A stretch of DNA of 50,493 bases from Microgenomates group bacterium GW2011_GWC1_46_15 (GTDB taxonomy: Bacteria; Patescibacteriota; Microgenomatia; UBA1400; UBA12028). The translations under genes and the position numbers were made by a program. Shown here one piece after another: positions 10,366 through 18,349 of the stretch. The notes beneath the pieces are model-generated. The model searched no databases. It was not told the DNA's origin and was given only the letters and a program-made list of their open reading frames with translations. Each line of letters starts with the position of its first letter. The stretch's first letter is position 1. The stretch is from the NCBI GenBank assembly GCA_001002285.1, contig LCLX01000005.1, positions 1 through 50,493 on the forward strand. The letters run 5' to 3'.

Positions 10366-11147
10366 CGAGGTTGTCAATTATTATTTTGAGTTATAACACA
10401 AAGCAGTATCTCGAACAGGTATTGCGCTCGCTTGCCCGCGTAAAGAAAAATGATTGGGAAGTGATTGTTGTGGATAATGCTTCGCAGGACGGATCGGCGC
10501 AGATGGTGAAAGAAGAGTTTCCATTTGTGAAGTGCATCATGAATAAGAAAAATGTTGGATTTTCTGCTGGGAATAACAGTGGTATCCGCAGAGCACAGGG
10601 AGCGTATGTGCTTTTATTGAACTCCGACACCGAGGTTCATGATGCCGAAAGTATTCCAACACTCTTATCCTACATGGACAAACATCCCGACGTTGGTGTG
10701 GTAACGCCAAAGGTTGTATTGGCAGATGGAACGATGGACATGGCAAGTCACCAAACATGGAAAGGTGTTGAGTATACACACGAAGTTGACGCGTGTACCG
10801 CCGCCGCGATGCTTGTCCGTGCCGCGGCAATCGATGAGGTCGGCCTCCTAGACGAACAATTTTTCATGTACGGTGAGGATCTTGACTGGTGCTATCGTTT
10901 CCGCAAAGCAGGATGGAAAATTGTGTACAATCCGGAGGCCACTATTATTCACCATAAAAATAAGTCCGGAGTTCAGGTAGAAACAAACGACGAAATCGGA
11001 AAAATGACAAAGAAGCAAGCAACATCCCAGTTTTTTGATACAATGGAGCTGTTCTACAGGAAACACTACGGAAAAGTATATCCACGGTGGTTTCTGGGTG
11101 TTGTTCAATTCGGTGTCCGCTGTATACGAAGTATGAAAGGAGTTTGA
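10362..11147 (+). CDS. GT2 glycosyltransferase, apparently with an in-frame internal deletion
   Basis: 'SIIILSYN', 'VVDNASQDGS', 'LLNSDT', 'FFMYGEDLDWC'. Central region is about 30 aa shorter than the paralog at 5130. Confidence 0.85.
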   Translation: MTRLSIIILSYNTKQYLEQVLRSLARVKKNDWEVIVVDNASQDGSAQMVKEEFPFVKCIMNKKNVGFSAGNNSGIRRAQGAYVLLLNSDTEVHDAESIPTLLSYMDKHPDVGVVTPKVVLADGTMDMASHQTWKGVEYTHEVDACTAAAMLVRAAAIDEVGLLDEQFFMYGEDLDWCYRFRKAGWKIVYNPEATIIHHKNKSGVQVETNDEIGKMTKKQATSQFFDTMELFYRKHYGKVYPRWFLGVVQFGVRCIRSMKGV

Positions 11148-11148
11148 C

Positions 11149-11469
11149 ATGATAAGTGATATGAAAATGGCAAAAGCAGACCTTCAGTTTGCGATTGACC
11201 AAATGAGAAAAGACAAAATGATTTATGGAGTTGAGGCGCTTGTCGTCTCATTTTTGTGTGTGTTATCCGCGGTGTTTCTTCCCGAAGCGTTGTACCGCAT
11301 TGTGTTTAGCTCGGGAAAAATACAGTCGAATCTTGATCTTTTGAACTGGATTCCAACCGCTTCCTACGTGATCGCAGCGGCGTACTCACTCTTTGTTTTG
11401 GTGAGCAACGGGATGCGCTTGAAAAGCATCCGCATGATGGAAATGGCGCTGAAGTCTGCAAAGAAATAA
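11149..11469 (+). CDS. Small two-TM membrane protein, unknown function
   Basis: SD AAGGAG, two hydrophobic segments, starts 1 nt after the previous stop. Confidence 0.7.
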   Translation: MISDMKMAKADLQFAIDQMRKDKMIYGVEALVVSFLCVLSAVFLPEALYRIVFSSGKIQSNLDLLNWIPTASYVIAAAYSLFVLVSNGMRLKSIRMMEMALKSAKK

Positions 11470-11470
11470 C

Positions 11471-11631
11471 GAACTCATTGTAAAACTCGCTTTCGTAATG
11501 AAACCCAGGAAGTTTGAGCAAAAAAGGAGGGATTCTGACGAAGGACTAGCAGAGCTAATTCAAGGAAGAATCCGTTCTTTTTTGCCAAAATACCTGGTGT
11601 TGTAGTAGAAATGGAGTTTTGCAATGAGTTC
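11471..11631. mobile_element. 161-bp MITE-like element folding into one long imperfect hairpin
   Basis: 18-bp terminal IR GAACTCATTGTAAAACTC / GAGTTTTGCAATGAGTTC (17/18). Inner paired segments CCAGG/CCTGG, GCAAAAAAGGA/TTCTTTTTTGC, GGATTCT/AGAATCC, TAGC/GCTA. ATAA at 11466-69 and 11633-36 is a possible target duplication. Confidence 0.65.
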
Positions 11632-11647
11632 AATAAGTTCAAATACG

Positions 11648-12745
11648 ATGCGCATTGGTATAGATGCACGTTTAGCAGGGCCACGGCATGCCGGAATCGG
11701 CCGGTACATTGAGGAACTTCTCAAGCATCTTTTCGCGCTCAAGACTCAACATGAGTGGGTTGTGTTTCTTGGTGAGAAAAATCAACTGCCATGGTTGAGT
11801 TCGTTTCCGCGTGTCAAACAAGTGTTAGCTCCTGTCTGCCACTACACGCTTCAAGAGCAACTTGCGATGCCAAAGATTTTCGCGCGTGAAAAACTCGATC
11901 TTCTCCATGTTCCGCACTTCAATGCTCCGTTGTTGTATGCCGGTCCGTACGTTGTAACAATCCACGATTTGTTGTGGCACGAACGCCGCGATCCAACCGC
12001 GACAACGCTTACTCCATGGATGCACGCGTTCAAGCATAAAGCATATTTGTTTGTTGCCGAAATGGCGATGCGGAGGGCAAAAGCGGTATTTGTTCCCACC
12101 CAGTTTGTAAAAAAAGTGGTTGCACGGTATGTTGATGCACAACGCATTACCGTTACACCGGAAGGCGTTGCAGATGCATACGTTCACGCACCACTCGTTA
12201 AAGAATCGCCATTCCCATATCCGTATGTGTTGTATGTTGGAAGTTTGTATCCGCACAAAAATGTTCCAGTGATCGTACGCGCGCTCGCATCGTTGCCAAA
12301 TATGCAGTTTGTCGTGATTTCCGGCCGGTCGGTGTTTCAAGAATCTTTTTTTACTCTCGTCAAAAAAATGGGAGTTGAGAACCGCGTCCACATGTTAGGA
12401 TATGTCCCAGATACCGATGCCGCGCGGATCATGCAGTCCGCAGTTGCGTTGATTCAGCCATCAAAATCAGAGGGATTCGGCCTTTCCGGTGTTGAAGCAA
12501 TGGCTGCGGGAACACCCGTTATCGCATCGGATATTGATGTCTTTCATGAAGTGTATAAAGATGCCGCGGCGTATTTTAATCCCGATGATGCTTCAGCGTT
12601 GGCAAAGCAAGTCCGTGGACTGCTTGTTCCAGCGTGGCGTAAAACAGCAATACGCCGGGGAAAAACCATTGCAAAAACGTACTCATGGAAAACAATGGCA
12701 GACCAAACGCTATCAGCATATCAAAAAGTTAGAAGTTCTCAGTAG
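11648..12745 (+). CDS. GT4 (family 1) glycosyltransferase
   Basis: 'MRIGIDAR', 'GIGRY', 'TIHDL', 'VGSLYPHKN', 'SEGFGLSGVEAMAAG'. Confidence 0.92.
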   Translation: MRIGIDARLAGPRHAGIGRYIEELLKHLFALKTQHEWVVFLGEKNQLPWLSSFPRVKQVLAPVCHYTLQEQLAMPKIFAREKLDLLHVPHFNAPLLYAGPYVVTIHDLLWHERRDPTATTLTPWMHAFKHKAYLFVAEMAMRRAKAVFVPTQFVKKVVARYVDAQRITVTPEGVADAYVHAPLVKESPFPYPYVLYVGSLYPHKNVPVIVRALASLPNMQFVVISGRSVFQESFFTLVKKMGVENRVHMLGYVPDTDAARIMQSAVALIQPSKSEGFGLSGVEAMAAGTPVIASDIDVFHEVYKDAAAYFNPDDASALAKQVRGLLVPAWRKTAIRRGKTIAKTYSWKTMADQTLSAYQKVRSSQ

Positions 12746-12752
12746 GTTACGC

Positions 12753-13880
12753 ATGAAAAACACAACGCCTCAGCCTTTACGTGTGGCACTCGTGTACGAC
12801 CGGGTAAACACATTTGGCGGAGCGGAACGCGTGCTCCGAAATCTACACGAGTTGTATCCGCATGCGCCGCTGTATACCTCGGTGTATGACCTCGCGGGTG
12901 CGGCGTGGACAAAAGGATGGGATGTTCGGCCGTCATTTCTCCAACGAGTTCCTTTTGTACGAACGCACCATCAATGGTTAGCTTTGTTCATGCCGCTTGC
13001 GTTTGAGTCTTTTGATTTTTCTGCATTCGATCTCGTAATTTCTGTAAGCAGTGAAGCGGCAAAAGGTATCATCACAAAACCTGGAACACGGCATGTATGT
13101 TATTTGCTCACGCCAACGCGGTATGTGTGGAGCCACGTTCACCAATATGAGCGTGACTACTTTCCTGGAATATTAAAGATTTTTTTACCGGTATATCGAT
13201 TTTTTTTACGGTACTTGCGAGCATGGGACAGTATTGCCGCACAGCGGCCTGACCTCATTATTCCAATTTCACAAACAGTGAAACAACGAGTAGAAAAATA
13301 CTACAAAAGAAAAACAGCCAACGTAATATATCCACCGGTCGCGACACATCTTTTTGAGTCGCATACTATTTCTTCCACATCACCATTTCCGTGGAAACAA
13401 TGGTATCTTTGTGTGTCTCGCCTTGTTCCATACAAACGCATTGATGCAGCAATCCGCGCATGCATCCTTATGAAGCGGCATCTTGTTGTTGTGGGTAAGG
13501 GGCATGATGAACAAAGACTGCGCGGGATTACCGGTGATTCCGAATATATTCACTTCGTTGGCTATTTGACAGATGATGAGCTTGTCGGCTACTATCAGCA
13601 CTGTTCTGCGTTGCTTCTTCCGGGTGAAGAGGATTTTGGTATTGTTGCTGTTGAAGCAATGGCCGCGGGTGTTCCGGTCGCAACATATGTAAAGAGTGGA
13701 AACGCGGAAGTTGTGATTCCAGGAAAAACTGGAGTGCACATACAAATACAGACAACACAAGGGGTACGGGAAGCAATTCAAATGCTTGAGAAAACGCAGT
13801 TCACAAAACAGGTCATTCGGGAGTATGCTAAACAGTACAGTGAGGCGGTATTCAAGCGCGCATGGGAGGAACAGATATGA
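12753..13880 (+). CDS. GT4 glycosyltransferase (WbaZ-like mannosyltransferase)
   Basis: 'VALVYD..GGAERVL', 'FESFDFS', 'SRLVPYKR', 'EEDFGIVAVEAMA'. Confidence 0.9.
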   Translation: MKNTTPQPLRVALVYDRVNTFGGAERVLRNLHELYPHAPLYTSVYDLAGAAWTKGWDVRPSFLQRVPFVRTHHQWLALFMPLAFESFDFSAFDLVISVSSEAAKGIITKPGTRHVCYLLTPTRYVWSHVHQYERDYFPGILKIFLPVYRFFLRYLRAWDSIAAQRPDLIIPISQTVKQRVEKYYKRKTANVIYPPVATHLFESHTISSTSPFPWKQWYLCVSRLVPYKRIDAAIRACILMKRHLVVVGKGHDEQRLRGITGDSEYIHFVGYLTDDELVGYYQHCSALLLPGEEDFGIVAVEAMAAGVPVATYVKSGNAEVVIPGKTGVHIQIQTTQGVREAIQMLEKTQFTKQVIREYAKQYSEAVFKRAWEEQI

Positions 13881-14980
13881 CTGATCACGTCTATGCTTTA
13901 ATTCTTGCCGGTGGTGGCGGAACACGGTTGTGGCCAAAGTCACGCGAGAAAACACCGAAACAGTTTCTTAAACTCGGTGCCGAAAAAACACTGTTGCGCG
14001 CAACAGCAGAGCGCGTGCAAAAACTTGCTGATTGGGATCACATCTATGTGATTACAAACATTACACAGTTGAAAGATGTTCAGCGCGAACTCCCCGAAGT
14101 TTCAAAAGCACATATTATTTGTGAACCACAAAAACGCGAAACGGCAATGGCAATGGCGGTGGGATCATTGGTCATTCAACAACGCGATCCCGACGCGGTT
14201 ATCATGAACTTTGCCTCGGATCACATTGTGCAGGATGTTGAAGAGTTTGTGCGTGTGATGCACACCGCGGCAAGTACCGCGGAAGATCCAAATGTGATGG
14301 TGACGGTTGGCATTTCGCCAACGTTTGCGCACACCGGCCTGGGGTACATTCGCATTGGCAAGGAGCTGCGTAAGACCAACCGCCTTCCCGTTTTCCACGT
14401 TGATAGCTTTACCGAAAAGCCGAACTTTGCAACGGCAAAAGCATTTCTCGCAACGGGCAAGTATTTTTGGAACGCAAACAACTATGTGTGGTCGTGCAAA
14501 TCACTTGAGGCCGCATTCTTAAAACACGCGCCAAAAATTGCTGATGCTTTGGATGAGCTTCGCAAGCACGTTGGCAAAAGCAGTTGGGATCAGGCGTTGG
14601 AAAAAGCGTACGACAGTGTGGAAAGTATCTCGATTGATTACGCGATCAGTGAGAAAGCGGATAACCTTGTTTTAATTCCCGGAGATTTTGGATGGAACGA
14701 CATTGGTGATTGGAAAGTTGTGTATGACTTAGGAAAGAAAGATCCGGACGGAAACGTGATTTTGCAAGATAACGAAAATCATAACGGTGAGATTATCACA
14801 CACGAGGCGCGGGAGAACTTAGTGAGCGTGAATGGACGGCTCGTTGCGCTTGTTGATATTGAAAACATGATTGTTATTGATACGCCAGAAATTTTACTCA
14901 TCATGCCGAAAGCGAAATCACAGGACGTGAAAGAAATTGTCGAACGGTTGAAAGCAGAAAAAAGAAAAGAATTTCTATGA
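13877..14980 (+). CDS. manC: Mannose-1-phosphate guanylyltransferase
   Basis: 'ILAGGGGTRLWPKSR..PKQF', 'SDH', 'FTEKP', 'SIDYAISEK', 'GWNDIGDW'. SD GGAGGA. Confidence 0.92.
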   Translation: MTDHVYALILAGGGGTRLWPKSREKTPKQFLKLGAEKTLLRATAERVQKLADWDHIYVITNITQLKDVQRELPEVSKAHIICEPQKRETAMAMAVGSLVIQQRDPDAVIMNFASDHIVQDVEEFVRVMHTAASTAEDPNVMVTVGISPTFAHTGLGYIRIGKELRKTNRLPVFHVDSFTEKPNFATAKAFLATGKYFWNANNYVWSCKSLEAAFLKHAPKIADALDELRKHVGKSSWDQALEKAYDSVESISIDYAISEKADNLVLIPGDFGWNDIGDWKVVYDLGKKDPDGNVILQDNENHNGEIITHEARENLVSVNGRLVALVDIENMIVIDTPEILLIMPKAKSQDVKEIVERLKAEKRKEFL

Positions 14981-15597
14981 CCTACGATCAACAGAAACGG
15001 ATCCTCGATCTCGTTATTGCCTCCGTGCTTACGGTTATTTTTCTGCCGATTTGGGTGATTGTTCCGTTATTAATTTTGCTTGACTCCAGCGGTCCCATCA
15101 TTTTTACGCACCGGCGCGTTGGAAAAAACGGTAGGACAATTTACTTGTACAAGTTCCGTTCCATGGTTGAAGACGCCGATGAAATTCTGCACAAGAGGGA
15201 TAAAAAATTGCTCAAAGAGTTCAAAAAGGGCGATTGGAAATTGAAAAACGATCCCCGTATTACGCGGCTTGGGCGTATTCTCCGCGCGCTCACCATTGAT
15301 GAGTTCCCGCAACTGTTTAACGTGTTCAAAGGAGAAATGAGCATGGTTGGCCCGCGCGCGTATGTTGCGCGTGAGTTGGAAGAACAACAGCACAAGTATC
15401 CCGAGACAAAAAAACTTGTCATAGACATCTTATCGGTCAAACCCGGAATTACCGGTCCGTGGCAGACTTCCGGAAGAAATGAGCTGCCATTTAGCACGCG
15501 GGCAAAAATGGATGCGGAGTATGCTAGACACCGCTCTATCTGGCATGATATCCTGATTCTACTGAGAACACCCAAAGCGATGATCTCAAAATGGTAG
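14977..15597 (+). CDS. Priming (undecaprenyl-phosphate) sugar transferase, WcaJ/WbaP catalytic-domain type
   Basis: 'KRILD', 'KFRSM', 'DPRITRLG..LR', 'DEFPQL', 'MSMVGPR', 'KPGITG'. Confidence 0.92.
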   Translation: MTYDQQKRILDLVIASVLTVIFLPIWVIVPLLILLDSSGPIIFTHRRVGKNGRTIYLYKFRSMVEDADEILHKRDKKLLKEFKKGDWKLKNDPRITRLGRILRALTIDEFPQLFNVFKGEMSMVGPRAYVARELEEQQHKYPETKKLVIDILSVKPGITGPWQTSGRNELPFSTRAKMDAEYARHRSIWHDILILLRTPKAMISKW

Positions 15598-15613
15598 AAC
15601 GTACTGTGTCGTA

Positions 15614-17632
15614 GTGAAGGATGTGCCGCCCATGGATGATACTTCAAAAGAGCCTCTTCTTGCCGAAGGCAGTGACGCGCCGGAAATTTCAAGTACAGTA
15701 ACCACACCTTTTGCTTCTGTGAACTCTACGGAGTCCCCCAGTGCTTCTCCCAAAAAACCAAAAGTTTGGGTCAAAATTGTGTTGAGTATTGTGGTTATTC
15801 TTCTTGTCCTTGGTATTTTCCTTGGAGTTATTGGTGGTGTGGTCTATCTTAAGGCACGTGAAATGATGGGAAGTGGGACGGCACTCCAGCAGTCATTGCA
15901 GGCTTCGTACACCGCGATAAAATCACAAAATCTTGTTGAGTCGAAGGCGAAGCTCGTTGAAGCGCAAGCACAGCTTCAGGAAGTTAAGAAAAAGTATGAC
16001 GGACTCGGATTTATGCGGTTTATTCCGTTTGCCGGAGCCTATTACAACGATGGCAAGCACGGCTTGAAAGCAGGCCAGTCTGCGCTCGAAGCCGCTGATG
16101 TTGCTTTGCAAGCCATTGAGCCGTACGCCGATGTACTTGGATTTAGCGGTGCGGGAACGTTTACTGGTGGTTCCGTTGAAAACCGCATTCAGCTTGCGCT
16201 GGCAACGCTCCCCAAGATTATGCCCGTTATGGATCAGCTTTCAGGGAAGTTGGAGAACGTACAAAGTGAGTTGGCGCAGATTGACGAACGCAGATACCCT
16301 GAGTCATTTCGTGGAATGGTGATTCGTGAAAAAATAACATCAGCGAAAGCATTTGCGGCTGGCGCAAAAGAAGTTGTGACGCAGGGCAAACCGGTACTGG
16401 AAGTTTTACCCGATATTGCAGGAGCAACGGGAAAGCGCAAGCGATACTTTATTTTATTCCAGAATGATAATGAGCGCCGGCCGACTGGTGGATTCATGAC
16501 GGCGTTTGCAACGCTTCTTGTTGAAAATGGGCATGTTACACCCGAACGATCGGATGACATTTATGAGTTGGATAAGAAGTTCCGCAACAAACCGGAAATT
16601 CCCGCGATTCTTAAAACGTATCTCAAAACAGAGACGCGGTGGAATCTTCGTGATATGAACCTTTCGCCGGACTTCAAAAACTCTATGGACGTGTTCTGGT
16701 CGTACTACTCAAAGCTTCCTGGAGAAAATGCAAAAGATGTTGATGGCATTATCACGGTAGACACTGCCGTGCTGGAAAATCTCGTCGCGGTGCTTGGGCC
16801 GGTAGAAGTTCCGGGCTATGGCACGTTCTCCGCGGAGAATGATAAGCGGTGTGATTGTCCCCAAATTATCTACGCGCTTTCTGAGATTGTTGACCGGCCA
16901 ACACCATTCCTCCGTGCAAATCGAAAAGGTATTATCGGTCCGATGATGCAGGCGGTCCTGCAAAAGGCGTATACCGCGCCAAAACAACTTTGGCCCGCGC
17001 TCTTTGGCAGCGCGTGGAAAAACATCGAGGAAAAGCACGTCCAGTTTTACTTCTTTGATGAGAAAACGCAAGCTGCCGCGGAGAGTATTAACGCTGCGGG
17101 CCGTGTAAAACCGACGCCAGCGAACAGCGATTACTTGTTTATCGTTGACGCAAACCTTGGCGGCGCAAAGTCCAATCTGTTTGTGAAAACATCAATCGAA
17201 CAAGATGTTGAAGTTCCGCAAAACGGCGTGCTGAAGAAAACGATTACCATGACATACAAAAATCCGTTCCCGCCGTCCAACTGCAATCTTGAGGCTGGCC
17301 AACTCTGTTTGAACGGTAAACTTACCGACTGGCTGCGTATTTATCTGCCGGAAGGCGCGAAAGTAACAGACTCGCTTGGATTTGATACCGGAACGACCAA
17401 AACAAGCGAAGACCTTGGGCATGCAGTATTTGAAGGGGTGTTTACGCTCCAGCCACTCAACCAAGTAAAAGTGAAAATTACATACACCGTCCCATACACC
17501 GACACAAAAACGTACCGCCTGTTTATGCAAAAGCAAGGGGGAGCGGAAGACATCACCCATCTTATGACCGTGAACGGCGGACAACAGCAAGTCGTGTTGG
17601 ATAAAGATAAAGCAGTGGCGATTCCGTTCTAA
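15614..17632 (+). CDS. DUF4012-family membrane-anchored protein
   Basis: One N-terminal TM, coiled coil, 'LFQNDNERRPTGGF', 'RDMNLSPDF', 'DGIITVD', 'DANLGGAKSN', 'QKQGG'. Alternative start ATG 15632. Confidence 0.8.
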   Translation: MKDVPPMDDTSKEPLLAEGSDAPEISSTVTTPFASVNSTESPSASPKKPKVWVKIVLSIVVILLVLGIFLGVIGGVVYLKAREMMGSGTALQQSLQASYTAIKSQNLVESKAKLVEAQAQLQEVKKKYDGLGFMRFIPFAGAYYNDGKHGLKAGQSALEAADVALQAIEPYADVLGFSGAGTFTGGSVENRIQLALATLPKIMPVMDQLSGKLENVQSELAQIDERRYPESFRGMVIREKITSAKAFAAGAKEVVTQGKPVLEVLPDIAGATGKRKRYFILFQNDNERRPTGGFMTAFATLLVENGHVTPERSDDIYELDKKFRNKPEIPAILKTYLKTETRWNLRDMNLSPDFKNSMDVFWSYYSKLPGENAKDVDGIITVDTAVLENLVAVLGPVEVPGYGTFSAENDKRCDCPQIIYALSEIVDRPTPFLRANRKGIIGPMMQAVLQKAYTAPKQLWPALFGSAWKNIEEKHVQFYFFDEKTQAAAESINAAGRVKPTPANSDYLFIVDANLGGAKSNLFVKTSIEQDVEVPQNGVLKKTITMTYKNPFPPSNCNLEAGQLCLNGKLTDWLRIYLPEGAKVTDSLGFDTGTTKTSEDLGHAVFEGVFTLQPLNQVKVKITYTVPYTDTKTYRLFMQKQGGAEDITHLMTVNGGQQQVVLDKDKAVAIPF

Positions 17633-17650
17633 GCGGTGCGCGAAGAACAT

Positions 17651-18196
17651 ATGCGGACAGTTTCGACCGAAGGCATTGTGTTAAAGCGGATGAACGTGGG
17701 CGAAGCCGATCGGTTTGTTACAATCTTTACCCGCGATCTTGGAAAAATTTCCGCGTTGGCAAAAGGCGTGCGCAAGATTACCTCTTCCCGCAGTGCGGCG
17801 CTGGAGCCCGGAACGCACACAAAACTTCTTTTGAGCCGGTCGCACGAAACATTTATCGTGTCGCAGGCGCAAGTCATTGACGCGTTCTCGCGCGCGAAAG
17901 AAACGCTGGCGGGCGCAAAACAAGTGATGCAAGTGTTGGAGATTGTTGACGCCGTGATGGTTGAAGAGGAACAACAGGATGTGTTTGATGACGTGCTTCA
18001 CATTCTGAGAGAAGTAGATAAAACACACAGCGTGCGAAGCGTTGTAACAAAAACGCTCACAACAATGCTACAACGGCTTGGTTTTCAAGACATGCGTGAT
18101 ACCCCGTACGCGACTATCACGGAGTATGTTGAGTTCATCGCGGAAAAAAAGATGAAGAGTTATCCGTACTTGACAGTTAAAACATCGCAGACGTAA
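17651..18196 (+). CDS. recO: DNA repair protein RecO (short form)
   Basis: 'TEGIVLKR..GEADR.VTIFTRDLGKI.A.AKGVRKITS.R'; recO-glyQS synteny. Confidence 0.9.
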   Translation: MRTVSTEGIVLKRMNVGEADRFVTIFTRDLGKISALAKGVRKITSSRSAALEPGTHTKLLLSRSHETFIVSQAQVIDAFSRAKETLAGAKQVMQVLEIVDAVMVEEEQQDVFDDVLHILREVDKTHSVRSVVTKTLTTMLQRLGFQDMRDTPYATITEYVEFIAEKKMKSYPYLTVKTSQT

Positions 18197-18199
18197 GAT
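18170..18199 (+). promoter_or_regulatory. Sigma70-type promoter for the glyQS leader
   Basis: TTGACA (18170-75), 18-nt spacer, TAAGAT (18194-99). Confidence 0.7.
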
Positions 18200-18205
18200 G
18201 GAGAA

Positions 18206-18335
18206 AAGCGTGACGATCGGGTTGGCAGCCGGGAGCGCAAAAAGTGAGCGCATTTCTTCAAGATGAAGAGATGAAGTAGGGTGGAACCGCCCAAAGATGG
18301 GTCCCTGCAGTACATATGTGCTGGAGGGATTTTTT
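18206..18335 (+). promoter_or_regulatory. Glycine T-box riboswitch, minimal architecture, transcription-attenuator type
   Basis: T-box AGGG-TGGAACC-GCCC/GGGT-CCCT (18278-18306). Specifier GGC (18224-26) in the 8-nt loop of TCGG/CCGG. Stem III ATTTCTTCA/TGAAGAGAT. Terminator ends in T6. Lies directly upstream of GlyRS. Confidence 0.85.
18302..18335 (+). terminator. Intrinsic terminator of the glyQS T-box
   Basis: TCCCT-GCAGTACA-TA-TGTGCTGG-AGGGA followed by TTTTTT; overlaps the 3' strand of the antiterminator. Confidence 0.85.
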
Positions 18336-18349
18336 GTAGGGAGGGATCT

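Noticed and set aside
9607-10377. Long antisense or alternate-frame ORFs (also 23323-23949, 25080-25778, 38159-38839, 21437-22012)
   Set aside because: They lie wholly over well-conserved genes and have no motifs or start signals.
18281-18349. N-terminal extension of GlyRS in the ORF track
   Set aside because: It coincides with the T-box antiterminator and terminator; the SD-supported start is 18350.
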